NCBI GenBank assembly: GCA_946566645.1
Contig: CAMNWZ010000005.1
Span: 1-32,000, forward strand
DNA: 32,000 bases
Reading direction: 5' to 3'
Source: an uncultured Clostridia bacterium
GTDB taxonomy: Bacteria > Bacillota > Clostridia > Oscillospirales > JAAYOS01
The notes beneath the pieces are model-generated. The model was given only the letters and a program-made list of their open reading frames with translations, made no database searches and was not told the origin of the DNA. The position numbers and the translations under genes were made by a program. Positions 1 to 8,697 of this stretch are shown here, piece by piece. The stretch's first letter is position 1. Every line of letters starts with the position of its first letter.

Positions 1-449
1 GCCCTTGCTTGAAAATTTTTTTCTGATTTTTTACAATTTAATCTTGACTTTTGCGCAGATTTTTTGCAAAACTTGAAAAATTTCCCGATGGCGCGTCCGA
101 GCATGGCGAACGGTCGGAAGATAAACCGAAGCACGCGCAGCACGCCGTCTATAACGGCATAGCCCACCTTTAGCACCAGCGGTCCGAGGGTGAGCAGGTA
201 GAGTATCAGCCCGAGCAGCAGTCCGATAAGCGCGAACAGCCGCACCTCGCCGTCGAGCACCCGCATTATTATCAGCGCGGCGAGCACGGTGGCGTACAGC
301 CAGAAGGCGGCGTCGCATATCGGCGTGATGCCGGGTATGCGGAAGCGCCCGCGTATAAGCCGTCCCGCGTCGTAGACAAGTCCGAGCGACGCCCCGCCGA
401 GCGCGCAGATGCCGAGCGCCCACACCTGCCATGCTATCGACAGCTCCAT
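1..449 (-). CDS. yabQ: YabQ-like spore cortex biosynthesis membrane protein (3' end runs off the window start)
   Basis: Absent from the ORF track because it has no stop in the window. The ATG at 449-447 overlaps the yabP stop (TGATG). The frame stays open down to position 3. The translation MELSIAWQVWALGICALGGASLGLVYDAGRLIRGRF...LFALIGLLLGLILYLLTLGPLV is a small multi-TM protein. It sits directly after yabP, as in the yabP-yabQ-divIC clusters of Bacillus and Clostridium. Confidence 0.6.
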   Translation of the reverse strand, partial: MELSIAWQVWALGICALGGASLGLVYDAGRLIRGRFRIPGITPICDAAFWLYATVLAALIIMRVLDGEVRLFALIGLLLGLILYLLTLGPLVLKVGYAVIDGVLRVLRFIFRPFAMLGRAIGKFFKFCKKSAQKSRLNCKKSEKNFQAR

Positions 450-736
450 CAGCCGAACAGACGGTGCAGCAGCCCGCGTCGGTCGGCGTTCTGCTCGGAG
501 TATTCGAGCGCGGAAATTTCGCCCTCCACCACAAGTTCGCCCAGGTCGAGCGACAGCCGCTCGATGTGAAGCCCATCCCCGCTGATGGTGAGCATCCCGC
601 GGCTGGTCAGCGCGATGACGCTCTGCTCGTCAAAGCTGGACACGTCCTCCACTCCGGTCACCGACAGCCGCTCACGACCGTCGAGCATAAGGCTGTGCGG
701 CAGTTCCTGAGCCGACAGCATCTCGTTTTTTGGCAT
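449..736 (-). CDS. yabP: Sporulation protein YabP
   Basis: 95-aa ORF. The motif LMLDGRERLSVTGVEDVSSFDEQSVIALTSRGMLTISGDGLHIERLSLDLGELVVEGEISALEY matches the YabP family pattern. A GGAGGTG SD lies 7-8 nt upstream of the ATG. Confidence 0.85.
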   Translation of the reverse strand: MPKNEMLSAQELPHSLMLDGRERLSVTGVEDVSSFDEQSVIALTSRGMLTISGDGLHIERLSLDLGELVVEGEISALEYSEQNADRRGLLHRLFG

Positions 737-777
737 AAAAAACCACCTCCGCTAGTCCATGATATGAGCGGAGGCGG
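737..777 (-). terminator. Intrinsic terminator of the LRR gene; its 3' arm contains the yabP SD
   Basis: The minus-strand RNA reads CCGCCTCCGCT-(13 nt loop)-AGCGGAGGTGG-UUUUUU-AUG. The stem is 11 bp including one G-U pair, and the U6 run ends at the yabP start codon. Confidence 0.7.
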
Positions 778-793
778 TTTGGTATGTCCTGTT

Positions 794-3316
794 TTATCGG
801 TGGTCGTGACCCTCGTGGTCGTCGCCCTCGTCGGTCGGCTCGTCGGAGGGCTCGGCGTCGGGACAGTCGGCAGCCGCGTGGTCGGGGTATCCGTCGCCGT
901 CGTGGTCGTGCTCAAGCTCGGCGTCGGTGTAGCCCTCGGTGTGCAGCTTGTACCACGGCACCGACGAGTCGAACGCCGCCGCATACTCGGTCGCGAATCC
1001 GTCCTTCACGCCGTCGACGGTCTTCAGCGCCGAGCAGGAGGAGAACGTGCCGTTCGACGGCTCGCATCCGTCGTAGAGGCTGACGCTCACAAGCGCGGTC
1101 GAGCCGGCGAAGCAGTAGCTTCCGAGCGTCGAGCCGTCGGAGACGGTAACGCTCTCGAGCGCGGGGCACTCGGCAAACGCGAAGTCGCCTATCGCCGCGT
1201 TCGTGCCGACCTCAAGCGTTTTCAGCGACGAGCGTCGGAAGCAGCTCGTGCCTATCTTCACGCCGTCGGCTATCTTGACGCTCTCGAGCGCGGTCATGTC
1301 GCGGAAGGCGTAGTCGCCGACGGTGAGCAGGGTGGAGGGCAGCGTCAGCGCGGTTATGTTCGAGTTTTCGTCGAACGCGAACTCGCATATTTCGGTTATG
1401 CCGGCGGGTATTTCCACCTCGCCGCCCCCTCCGTTGTAAGCGATGAGCAGGCTGCCGATGGCGGCAAAGTCGCCCGCGTTTTCAAGCCACTTCGTGCCCT
1501 CGAACGCACGACCGCGCACCTCGTGCGGCTGCGAGTTCCAGGTGACGTCGGCGAGCGCGGTGCATCCGCGGAACGCGTCCCTCTCGATCGTCTGCGTGCG
1601 CATGGGCAGGTCTATCGCCGTAAGCGATGCGCAGCCGGAAAACGCCATTTCGCCTATCACCCGCGCGCCGCCGAGCGAAACATCTTTCAGCGACGAGCAG
1701 CCGTAGAAGGCGTGATCTTCGATTTTCTCCACCGACTTGGGTATCTCCGCGGATTCAAGCGACGTACACTCGTAGAACGCGGACGCGCCTATCTCGCTTA
1801 CCGACGCGGGTATGTCTACGCTCTCGAGCGCCGAGCATCCCGCAAACGCGCGCATCGAAATGCGCTCGAGCGTGGCAGGAAGCTCTATCGACTCGAGCTT
1901 CGCGCAGCCGTCGAACGCGCCGTCGCCGAGGACGGTCATGCCGCTCGGGAGGGTCACATCGACAAGCGACGAGCAGCCGCGAAACATGGCGGTGCAGTCG
2001 GCGCTGCCCAGAATTTCGGCACTCTCAAGCGCGGTGCAGTTCTCGAATACGCCCACGCCGACGCTCTCGACCGTCGCGGGTATCGTCACCGATTTCAGCG
2101 TCTCGCAGCCGGCAAACGCGCCGTCGGCTATCGCCTTTATCGTGGCGGGGACGGTGTACTCCTCATCGTCGGCGGCAAATCGAATCAGGCGGTCGCCGTG
2201 GGTGAGCACGCCGCCGAGCGTGTCGCTCAGCCACTTGGTGCCGTTGAACGCGTCGGCGGCTATCTCCGCGCCGTCGACAACGCTGCCGAGGTCGACCTTT
2301 TCGAGCGCCTCACAGCCGCTGAACGCCCCCGCGCCGATGCTCTCGAGCCTGCTTGTTATCGTCAGGTCTTCAAGCGCCTTGCAGCCGTAGAACGCGCCGT
2401 TTGAGAGGAAGTTCATATCGGCGGCAAGCTCGACCGAAGCAAGACCCTCGCACTGCGAAAACGCGTAGCCGCCGAGTGTGCGGACATTCTTAGGTATCAC
2501 GACCGACTTGAGCCCGCTCGCCGCGAACGCGTAGTTTCCGATGTTCACCGCTCCGCTGAGGTCGATGCTCTCGAGCGCGGTGCAGCCGTTCAGCGCGCCG
2601 GGCAGATAGTCGGTTACTGCCGACGTGTCCAGCTTTTTGAGCGCGGTGCAGCCGTTGAACATTCCCTCGCCGAGTATCGTGAGCGAGCCGAGCGAGACCT
2701 TCTCCAGCGCGGTGCAGCCCGAAAAGATGCTTCCTCCGAACAGCGGCGCGCCGTCAAATTCGACCTCTTTCAGCTCGGTGCATCCGTAAAACGCGCTTGA
2801 GGCAATGCCTTCGACGTTTGCGCCGATATGCACCTCGCGAAGCGCGATGCATCCGGAAAACGCGCTCTCGCCGATGGTCAGAAGGCTCTCGGGCAGCTCT
2901 ATTTTGCTGAAACCGGCGCAGTCCTTGAAGGCGTTCGCGCCTATCGACTCAAGCCCGTCGGGCAGCTCGAACGTGCCCACCGTCTTGAGACCGCTGAACG
3001 ACTCGTCGCCGATGGCTTTGACACCGTCGGGAACGGTTATTTTGCTCGCGTCACCCTCGTAGGAGAGCAGCGTGCCGTTTGAGTCGACCTCAAACTTGCC
3101 GCTGTCGTTTTCCACCGTCTCGACGGTCACCGGCTCGGGCGACGGCTCGTCGGTCGGTTCGGTCGACGGCTCGGCGCTCGGGGAAACAGACGGTTCTATC
3201 GAAGCGCTCGGCTCGGCGGATGGCTCGTCCGACGGAGAGGGGGATACATCCCCGCCCTTCGAGCAGGCTGAAAGCAGCAGTGCCGCCGCAAGCAGGAGCG
3301 CGAATATTCGCTTCAT
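794..3316 (-). CDS. Surface lipoprotein with BspA-type leucine-rich repeats (LRR_5-like), a Pro/Ser/Glu linker and a His/Asp-rich C-terminal tail
   Basis: Signal peptide plus lipobox: MKRIFALLLAAALLLSAC. Low-complexity linker: PSPSDEPSAEPSASIEPS... About 25 repeats follow the pattern xxAFxxCxxLxxVxIPxxVxxIGxxAF. The tail is HDHDGDGYPDH...DDHEGHDHR. A GAGGT SD lies 9 nt upstream. Confidence 0.85.
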   Translation of the reverse strand: MKRIFALLLAAALLLSACSKGGDVSPSPSDEPSAEPSASIEPSVSPSAEPSTEPTDEPSPEPVTVETVENDSGKFEVDSNGTLLSYEGDASKITVPDGVKAIGDESFSGLKTVGTFELPDGLESIGANAFKDCAGFSKIELPESLLTIGESAFSGCIALREVHIGANVEGIASSAFYGCTELKEVEFDGAPLFGGSIFSGCTALEKVSLGSLTILGEGMFNGCTALKKLDTSAVTDYLPGALNGCTALESIDLSGAVNIGNYAFAASGLKSVVIPKNVRTLGGYAFSQCEGLASVELAADMNFLSNGAFYGCKALEDLTITSRLESIGAGAFSGCEALEKVDLGSVVDGAEIAADAFNGTKWLSDTLGGVLTHGDRLIRFAADDEEYTVPATIKAIADGAFAGCETLKSVTIPATVESVGVGVFENCTALESAEILGSADCTAMFRGCSSLVDVTLPSGMTVLGDGAFDGCAKLESIELPATLERISMRAFAGCSALESVDIPASVSEIGASAFYECTSLESAEIPKSVEKIEDHAFYGCSSLKDVSLGGARVIGEMAFSGCASLTAIDLPMRTQTIERDAFRGCTALADVTWNSQPHEVRGRAFEGTKWLENAGDFAAIGSLLIAYNGGGGEVEIPAGITEICEFAFDENSNITALTLPSTLLTVGDYAFRDMTALESVKIADGVKIGTSCFRRSSLKTLEVGTNAAIGDFAFAECPALESVTVSDGSTLGSYCFAGSTALVSVSLYDGCEPSNGTFSSCSALKTVDGVKDGFATEYAAAFDSSVPWYKLHTEGYTDAELEHDHDGDGYPDHAAADCPDAEPSDEPTDEGDDHEGHDHR

Positions 3317-3343
3317 AAAGATATACCTCGTTTGATGGTTTGA

Positions 3344-3604
3344 CTAGTCGAGCGGAAGCTCGCGGTACATCGCGGGCGCGTCCGCCTTGGTTGCGGATTC
3401 GCTTATCGAAAGCACTTCGATGCGCACGGCGCGGGCTCCGAGACGTATCTCGATTATGTCGCCGGGCGAGACCGAGTAGCTCGCGCGGGCGGGCTTGCCG
3501 TTTACCGACACGCGCTCCGCGTCGCAAGCCTCGTTTGCCACGGTGCGGCGCTTGATGAGACGCGAGACTTTCAAATATTTGTCAAGCCGCATGGATTCCT
3601 CCAA
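3344..3604 (-). CDS. yabO: S4-domain RNA-binding protein (YabO/RqcP, Hsp15-like)
   Basis: MRLDKYLKVSRLIKRRTVANEACDAERVSVNGKPARASYSVSPGDIIEI closely matches the B. subtilis YabO S4 motif. A GGAGG SD is present. Its position upstream of yabP agrees with conserved synteny. Confidence 0.8.
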   Translation of the reverse strand: MEESMRLDKYLKVSRLIKRRTVANEACDAERVSVNGKPARASYSVSPGDIIEIRLGARAVRIEVLSISESATKADAPAMYRELPLD

Positions 3605-3632
3605 ATTTTGTAAAAAATAGGTGTAATACGCA

Positions 3633-3664
3633 CATAAGAGGGGGGCAGATGCCTCCCTCTTATG
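3633..3664 (-). terminator. Hairpin downstream of hup (possible partial terminator or processing stem)
   Basis: 14-bp stem with one mismatch: CATAAGAGGGAGGC-atct-GCCCCCCTCTTATG on the minus strand. The T-run lies about 15 nt away, so this is not a canonical terminator. Confidence 0.35.
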
Positions 3665-3688
3665 CTATGTTTGCGATAGGTAAAAGAC

Positions 3689-3964
3689 TTACTTCGCGAC
3701 GGTCTCCTTGAGGCCGCTGCCAGCCTTGAAGCTCGGAACCTTCGCAGCCGGGATGTTGATGATCTGGTTGGTGCGCGGGTTACGGCCGGTGCGAGCGGCG
3801 CGCTCCTTGACCTCGAAAGTGCCGAAGCCGACGAGAACGACCTTGTCGCCCTTCTTCATGGTCTCCGCGACAACGCTGGTGAAAGCCGCGACAGCCTTGT
3901 CGGCGTCCTTCTTCGAGATGCCCGCCTTCTCGGCGACGGCGGATACGAGTTCTGCCTTGTTCAT
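3689..3964 (-). CDS. hup: DNA-binding protein HU
   Basis: MNKAELVSAVAEKAGISKKDADKAVAAFTSVVAETMKKGDKVVLVGFGTFEVKERAARTGRNPRTNQIINIPAAKVPSFKAGSGLKETV is canonical HU. I chose the ATG at 3964, which has a GGAGG 8 nt upstream, rather than the ORF-track start at 3982. Confidence 0.9.
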   Translation of the reverse strand: MNKAELVSAVAEKAGISKKDADKAVAAFTSVVAETMKKGDKVVLVGFGTFEVKERAARTGRNPRTNQIINIPAAKVPSFKAGSGLKETVAK

Positions 3965-4035
3965 TCTTAATTCCTCCTGCAAATATTAAACGAATTATTT
4001 ATTCACGAGGATTTTCCCCGATGAATACAAAGTCA

Positions 4036-4797
4036 TTACAGCCCTTCCTCTTTCGCCTGCTCCCAGAGAGCCTCCTGCTCCTCGGCGGACAGTTTCGAGA
4101 GGTCGCCGCCCTCGCGCTCGACATATCCGAAGCGCCGCGCGAACTTGTCGCAGCTGCGGGTGAGGGCAAGCTCGGGGTCGACGCCCTTCTGCCGCGCGAC
4201 GTTCACCGCCGCGAACAGCACGTCGCCCACCTCATCGAGCACCGAACTCTCGCCGGTGGCGGCGCGGCACTCGCTCAGCTCCTCCTCGAGGTCGCTGAAC
4301 GCCTCGCGGAGCTGAAAGCCGCTCTTTGTCGCGCGACCCTGCATCTTCTCCGCCCGCATGAGCGCCGGAAGAGCCTTAGCGACCGAGTCGACCGTCTTGC
4401 GATAGCTGCCGCCCTTGTCCTGACGCTTGATGTCGTCCCAGACGGTGAGCACATCGTCGGAGGTCTCGGCTGTCGTATCGCCGAAGATATGCGGATGGCG
4501 GTGGATGAGCTTGCGTATCTCCTCGTCGCACACGTCGTCGATGTCGAAGTTTCCGTTCTCCTTCTCGATGTGCGAGTGAAAGACCACCTGCAGCAACACG
4601 TCGCCCAGCTCCTCGCGAAGCAGCGCCGTGTCCCCGAGGTCTATCGCCTCGACCGCCTCGTAGGTCTCCTCGATGAAGCTCTGGCGTATCGACTCGTGCG
4701 TCTGCTCCCTGTCCCAGGGGCAGTGCTCACGCAGTATGCCCATCAGCTTCACCAGGTCGTAGAACCCATATTTCGGCTTACTCTCAAAATCTATCAC
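4036..4797 (-). CDS. mazG: MazG-family nucleoside triphosphate pyrophosphohydrolase (YabN-like)
   Basis: LMGILREHCPWDREQTHESIRQSFIEETYEAVEAID plus a second EExGDVLF-type motif. GTG start with a GAGGTGA SD. It sits in the yabM-yabN-yabO type neighbourhood. Confidence 0.85.
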   Translation of the reverse strand: MIDFESKPKYGFYDLVKLMGILREHCPWDREQTHESIRQSFIEETYEAVEAIDLGDTALLREELGDVLLQVVFHSHIEKENGNFDIDDVCDEEIRKLIHRHPHIFGDTTAETSDDVLTVWDDIKRQDKGGSYRKTVDSVAKALPALMRAEKMQGRATKSGFQLREAFSDLEEELSECRAATGESSVLDEVGDVLFAAVNVARQKGVDPELALTRSCDKFARRFGYVEREGGDLSKLSAEEQEALWEQAKEEGL

Positions 4798-4875
4798 ACT
4801 TTCACCTCATTTGCAAGCGTTTTTTCCATATTTTTCGATGAAACTCAAAAAAGTTAGTTACAGAAAGGGATTTTG

Positions 4876-6465
4876 CTACTTCAAACGCAGAAGATTTGCG
4901 ATTTTTTCGCCCTTCGGAATGAGCGAGAGGTCCTCCCGCGTGACCGCCTTCATCAGCAGTATGCAGACGAAATAGACCACCACCGCGATGCCGACTGACA
5001 GCAGGACATTCAGCGAGTTGGGCAGGAAACGTCCGAGAAGCCCGCTCGCCGCCCACGCGGCAGCCGCCATCACCAGCGTCGCGAGCATCGGTCGTCCGAA
5101 CATGCGCAGCACGTTCGGCGCGGGCTTGATGTGCTTTGAGATGACTATCATGTTCAGCACCATTATCGTGCAGTAGCAGAGGCAGGTGCCGATGGGCGCG
5201 CCGTTTATGTTTATCGACGGAGTGCCGACGAGTATCCAGTTCGCGACTATCTTTACCGCCGAGCCGCAGAGCATGGTGTACACCGGCACGCGCACCTTGC
5301 CTATCGACTGGAGCGTCGAGTTGGACAGCATGACCACGCAGTTGAAGAACACCGCTATCGCGAGGATGTTCAGCGGTATCGTTGCGGCGGCGGCTTCATC
5401 CACCCGCGCGGGAAAGAGCAGATGCAGTATCGGACCCGCGAGCACCGACAGTCCGGCGGCGGCGGGGAGGGCGAGCAGTCCGGTCACCCGCATGCCCGTC
5501 TCGATGGTGCGCGACGCGGCTCGCTGGTCGTGCTTTGCGAGCGCCGACGCGATGGCGGGCACTATCGCGGTGGAGAAGGGCACGATGAACGCCGACGGGA
5601 AGTTGAACAGCGTCTGCGCAAGCCCATACGAGCCGTACATCCACTCAGCCTGCTCCTGCGTAAATCCCGCGGATGTGGACAGCCGTCCGAGCACCAGCGC
5701 CGAGTCGATGAGGTTGGTTATCGCGAGCACGCCCGAGCCGATGGTTATCGGTATCGCTATGGCGAGCAGCGACTTGGTTATCTCGCCCTGGGTGCGCGGC
5801 GACTCCGGGCCGTCCGAGTAGTTTCTGCGGTCGAACGCGCGGCGGAGTATCAGGAAGACCGCGCCGAGCACCGTGCCTATCGTGACGCCCGCTATCGCGC
5901 CGGCGGCGGCTATCTCCTGACCGTAGCCCGCGTTTATCAGCAGGCTCGCGAAGATTATGCCGAACACCAGCTTGCTCAGCGCCTCGATTATCTGGCTGAG
6001 AGCGGTGGGCACCATGTTCATCTGACCCTGGTAGTAGCCGCGGAACACGCTCATCACCGCCACAAAGAAGCTGGCGGGCGCTATCACGCGTATGGTGTGC
6101 ACCGACTTCGGGCTGTTCATCAGGTCGGCGGCTATAGGCTCGGCGAAGATGAACATGAGCGCGGAGCCGACAAAGCCGATTATCAGAAAGGTGCTCATCG
6201 CCGCGCGGAATATCTTTTTCACGTCGCCGCCCTGACCGGTGGCGTTCGCCTCGGCGACCATTTTCGACACCGCGACCGGCAGTCCGGCGGTGGAGATGAC
6301 GAGCAGCACGTTGTACACGCTGTACGCGATGTTGAAGTTCGCAAATCCGTTGCCGTCAAGCAGGTTGCCGAGCGGGATCTTGAACACCGCGCCGATTATC
6401 TTGACGAGGGCGACGCCTATCGCGAGCACCAGCGCGCCCTGAAGGAAGTTCTGCTTTTTTGCCAT
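4876..6465 (-). CDS. MOP-superfamily flippase (MurJ / SpoVB / YabM-like polysaccharide or lipid II flippase)
   Basis: 529-aa polytopic membrane protein. The N-terminus FLQGALVLAIGVALVKIIGAVFKIPLGNLLG is typical of the MVF/SpoVB family. It lies upstream of mazG, as yabM does in Bacillus. Confidence 0.8.
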   Translation of the reverse strand: MAKKQNFLQGALVLAIGVALVKIIGAVFKIPLGNLLDGNGFANFNIAYSVYNVLLVISTAGLPVAVSKMVAEANATGQGGDVKKIFRAAMSTFLIIGFVGSALMFIFAEPIAADLMNSPKSVHTIRVIAPASFFVAVMSVFRGYYQGQMNMVPTALSQIIEALSKLVFGIIFASLLINAGYGQEIAAAGAIAGVTIGTVLGAVFLILRRAFDRRNYSDGPESPRTQGEITKSLLAIAIPITIGSGVLAITNLIDSALVLGRLSTSAGFTQEQAEWMYGSYGLAQTLFNFPSAFIVPFSTAIVPAIASALAKHDQRAASRTIETGMRVTGLLALPAAAGLSVLAGPILHLLFPARVDEAAAATIPLNILAIAVFFNCVVMLSNSTLQSIGKVRVPVYTMLCGSAVKIVANWILVGTPSININGAPIGTCLCYCTIMVLNMIVISKHIKPAPNVLRMFGRPMLATLVMAAAAWAASGLLGRFLPNSLNVLLSVGIAVVVYFVCILLMKAVTREDLSLIPKGEKIANLLRLK

Positions 6466-6483
6466 GGGAAATAAAAACCTCGC

Positions 6484-7797
6484 TTAACCCCAGATTTTCG
6501 GGAACGCATAGTGCTCTATCTCGTAGCGTGCGCGCTCGACGTCCACCGTCTTGTACTCGCCGCCTTCATAGAGCGTCCTGCCGCGAACCATCGTCATGCA
6601 CACGTCGCTTCCGCGCGCGGCAAACACCACGTTTGAAAGCAGGCTGTGCATCGGATAGAGGTGCGGCGCGTCGAGGTCGAGCATGGTTATGTCCGCGTCG
6701 AAGCCGACCGCCAGCCTGCCGCACTCGCTTTCGCGTCCCTGAGCCTTCGCGCCGTTTATCGTCGCCATAGCGAACGCGTCCGGCGCGGGCACGAGCGACG
6801 GGTCGAGGTTTGCCGCCTTGTGCATTATCGCCGCGGCCTTTATCTCCTCGAACATGTCGTGCGAGTTGTTCGAGCTTACGCCGTCGGTGCCGAGCGCCAC
6901 GTTCACGCCGGCGTTCTTCATCGCGGTCACCGGAGCGAAGCCGCTCGCGAGCTTCATGTTCGACACCGGATTGTGCACCGCCGTCGCGCCGTGCGCCGCG
7001 AGTATCTCGTGGTCGTGCGGCGTTGTCCAGACACAATGCGCGCAGTTCGCGGGAACGTCGAACACGCCGTGCTTCTCGAGCACCTCGGCGGGGGTCATCC
7101 CCCAGCGACCGATGCACTCCTCATGCTCGCTCTTAGTCTCGGACAGGTGGACGTGCAGGCGGATGTTCCGCTCCTTGGCGAACGCCGCCACCTTCTCCCA
7201 CAGATACGGCTCGGAGGTGTACTCGCCGTGTATGCCCGCGTCGACTACTATGCGGCTGTTGTCGTGACCGTGCCAGCGCTCGAACAGCTCGAGCACCTCG
7301 CGGGTGTCCTCGGTCGACTTTTCGCCCGACCACTCAAAGCCGCTCGGGCTTGAGAATTTGGTTATCGCACGGCAGAGGTTCGCCTTCATGCCGCCCTTGT
7401 CTATCCGCTCGGCGACCGTCGGCTCGAACATATACATGTCGGTAACGCTCGTCGTGCCGAAGCGCACGCACTCGGCGATGGCGAGGTCGGTGCATGCGGA
7501 GACGCAGCGCGCGTCCAGCTTATCCTCGGCGGGGAATATGTAGTTGTTCAGCCACTCGTGCAGCTCACAGCCCTCGCCGAAGCCGCGGAACACGGTCATC
7601 GGAAGGTGGGTGTGCGCGTTGACAAGCCCCGGGATGAGCGCCTTGCGCGCGCCGGAGATGACGCGGTCGGGCGCGCAGTCGGGACGGGTGCCGCCGATGT
7701 ACGCTATCTTTCCGTCGTCGCCGACAAGCAGGTAGGCGTCGGTAAGCGCCGGCTCGTAAGCGGAGGTTATTATCGCTATCTTCTCAAAAAGTATCAT
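6484..7797 (-). CDS. mtaD: Amidohydrolase, 5'-methylthioadenosine / S-adenosylhomocysteine (or 5'-deoxyadenosine) deaminase family
   Basis: The metal motif LIPGLVNAHTHLPMT and later HLSE and ...GTDG... motifs are typical of MtaD/TM0936-type deaminases. The preferred ATG at 7797 overlaps the punA stop (TGATG); an alternative ATG lies at 7815. Confidence 0.8.
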   Translation of the reverse strand: MILFEKIAIITSAYEPALTDAYLLVGDDGKIAYIGGTRPDCAPDRVISGARKALIPGLVNAHTHLPMTVFRGFGEGCELHEWLNNYIFPAEDKLDARCVSACTDLAIAECVRFGTTSVTDMYMFEPTVAERIDKGGMKANLCRAITKFSSPSGFEWSGEKSTEDTREVLELFERWHGHDNSRIVVDAGIHGEYTSEPYLWEKVAAFAKERNIRLHVHLSETKSEHEECIGRWGMTPAEVLEKHGVFDVPANCAHCVWTTPHDHEILAAHGATAVHNPVSNMKLASGFAPVTAMKNAGVNVALGTDGVSSNNSHDMFEEIKAAAIMHKAANLDPSLVPAPDAFAMATINGAKAQGRESECGRLAVGFDADITMLDLDAPHLYPMHSLLSNVVFAARGSDVCMTMVRGRTLYEGGEYKTVDVERARYEIEHYAFPKIWG

Positions 7798-8627
7798 CAC
7801 ATCTTCTCCAGACATCCGAGTATGAATTTGGTGAATCGCGGCTGCGCCTTGAGACCTTCCTCAAGCACCTCGCCGTCGACGAACTGGCGCTTTTCTATGC
7901 CCGCCGCCATGTTGGTGAGCAGCGACACGCCGAGCACCTTCATTCCGCAGTGGTTGGCGGCGATGGTCTCGGGCACGGTGGACATTCCGACCGCGTCCGC
8001 GCCGAGCACCCGCGCCGCGCGTATCTCGGCGGGCGTCTCATACTGCGGGCCGCCGAAGAACATGTACACGCCCTCGCGAAGATTTATCGCGCACTCGTGC
8101 GCCACGTTGCGCGCTGTCGCCTGGAGGTCGGGATGGTAGGCGTGGAGCATATCCGGAAAGCGGATGCCAAGCTCGTCGAGGTTTTCGCCGCGCAGCGAGC
8201 TTTCGGGTGAGATTTTGATGTGGTCGGTTATCAGCATCAGGTCGCCCACGCGGAAGTTAGTGTTCACCGCGCCGGCTGCGTTGGTGAGTATCGCCTGCGT
8301 GACGCCGAGCAGCCGCGCCGTGCGCAGCGGGAAGACCACCGTCTGCATGTCGTAGCCCTCGTAGCAGTGGCAGCGGCCTTTCATCAGGCAGACGTTCTTT
8401 CCCGCGAGCTTTCCGAAGTAGAACGCGCCGTCGTGACCGGGCGCGGTGGAGACGGGGAAGTTCGGGATGTCGCGATAGCTGACGACCGTCGGGTTTTCGA
8501 CCAGGTCGGCAAGCGACGCGAGCCCCGAGCCGAGCGTGACCAGGATTTCGGGTTTGAAACCGCCTATCTTCGTCTTGATGAAGTCCGCGCTCTCGTGCAG
8601 ACGTGCCATGTAGTCCTTTTCGGGCAT
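7797..8627 (-). CDS. punA: Purine nucleoside phosphorylase, trimeric PNP/MTAP family
   Basis: 276 aa. GSGLASLADLV, FPVSTAPGHDGAFYFGKLAGKNVCLMKGRCHCYEGY and GVTQAILTNAAGAVN are characteristic of PunA/MTAP-type phosphorylases. A GGGAGGG SD is present. Confidence 0.8.
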   Translation of the reverse strand: MPEKDYMARLHESADFIKTKIGGFKPEILVTLGSGLASLADLVENPTVVSYRDIPNFPVSTAPGHDGAFYFGKLAGKNVCLMKGRCHCYEGYDMQTVVFPLRTARLLGVTQAILTNAAGAVNTNFRVGDLMLITDHIKISPESSLRGENLDELGIRFPDMLHAYHPDLQATARNVAHECAINLREGVYMFFGGPQYETPAEIRAARVLGADAVGMSTVPETIAANHCGMKVLGVSLLTNMAAGIEKRQFVDGEVLEEGLKAQPRFTKFILGCLEKM

Positions 8628-8668
8628 GATGTGATCCCTCCCATACCAAATATTAGGTAGTTTGAACT

Positions 8669-8697
8669 ATTGTAGCACAAAGTCGCGCGGCTTACAA
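8669..8697 (-). promoter_or_regulatory. Candidate sigma-A promoter for punA-mtaD
   Basis: The minus strand reads TTGTAA-17 nt-TACAAT with an upstream TGc (extended -10). The -35 hexamer overlaps the stop codon of the kinase gene. Confidence 0.45.

Noticed and set aside
31-576. A 181-aa Arg-rich ORF covers the yabQ/yabP region on the minus strand.
   Set aside because: It is in the wrong frame. The same DNA encodes a hydrophobic YabQ-like protein (frame open to the window edge) and YabP in the other frames. The composition is typical of off-frame translation of GC-rich DNA.
794-3316. The repeated GCTCTCGAGCGC-type sequences could be a DNA-level tandem repeat or satellite.
   Set aside because: They are the in-frame coding image of the recurring A-L-E-S/x-V segment of the LRR units and vary with the protein repeat. 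This is not an independent DNA repeat.
4036-4797. MazG as part of a toxin-antitoxin or anti-phage nucleotide-depletion system.
   Set aside because: It sits in the conserved housekeeping yabM-yabN(mazG)-yabO synteny of endospore formers. There is no adjacent MazEF-like pair or other defence gene.
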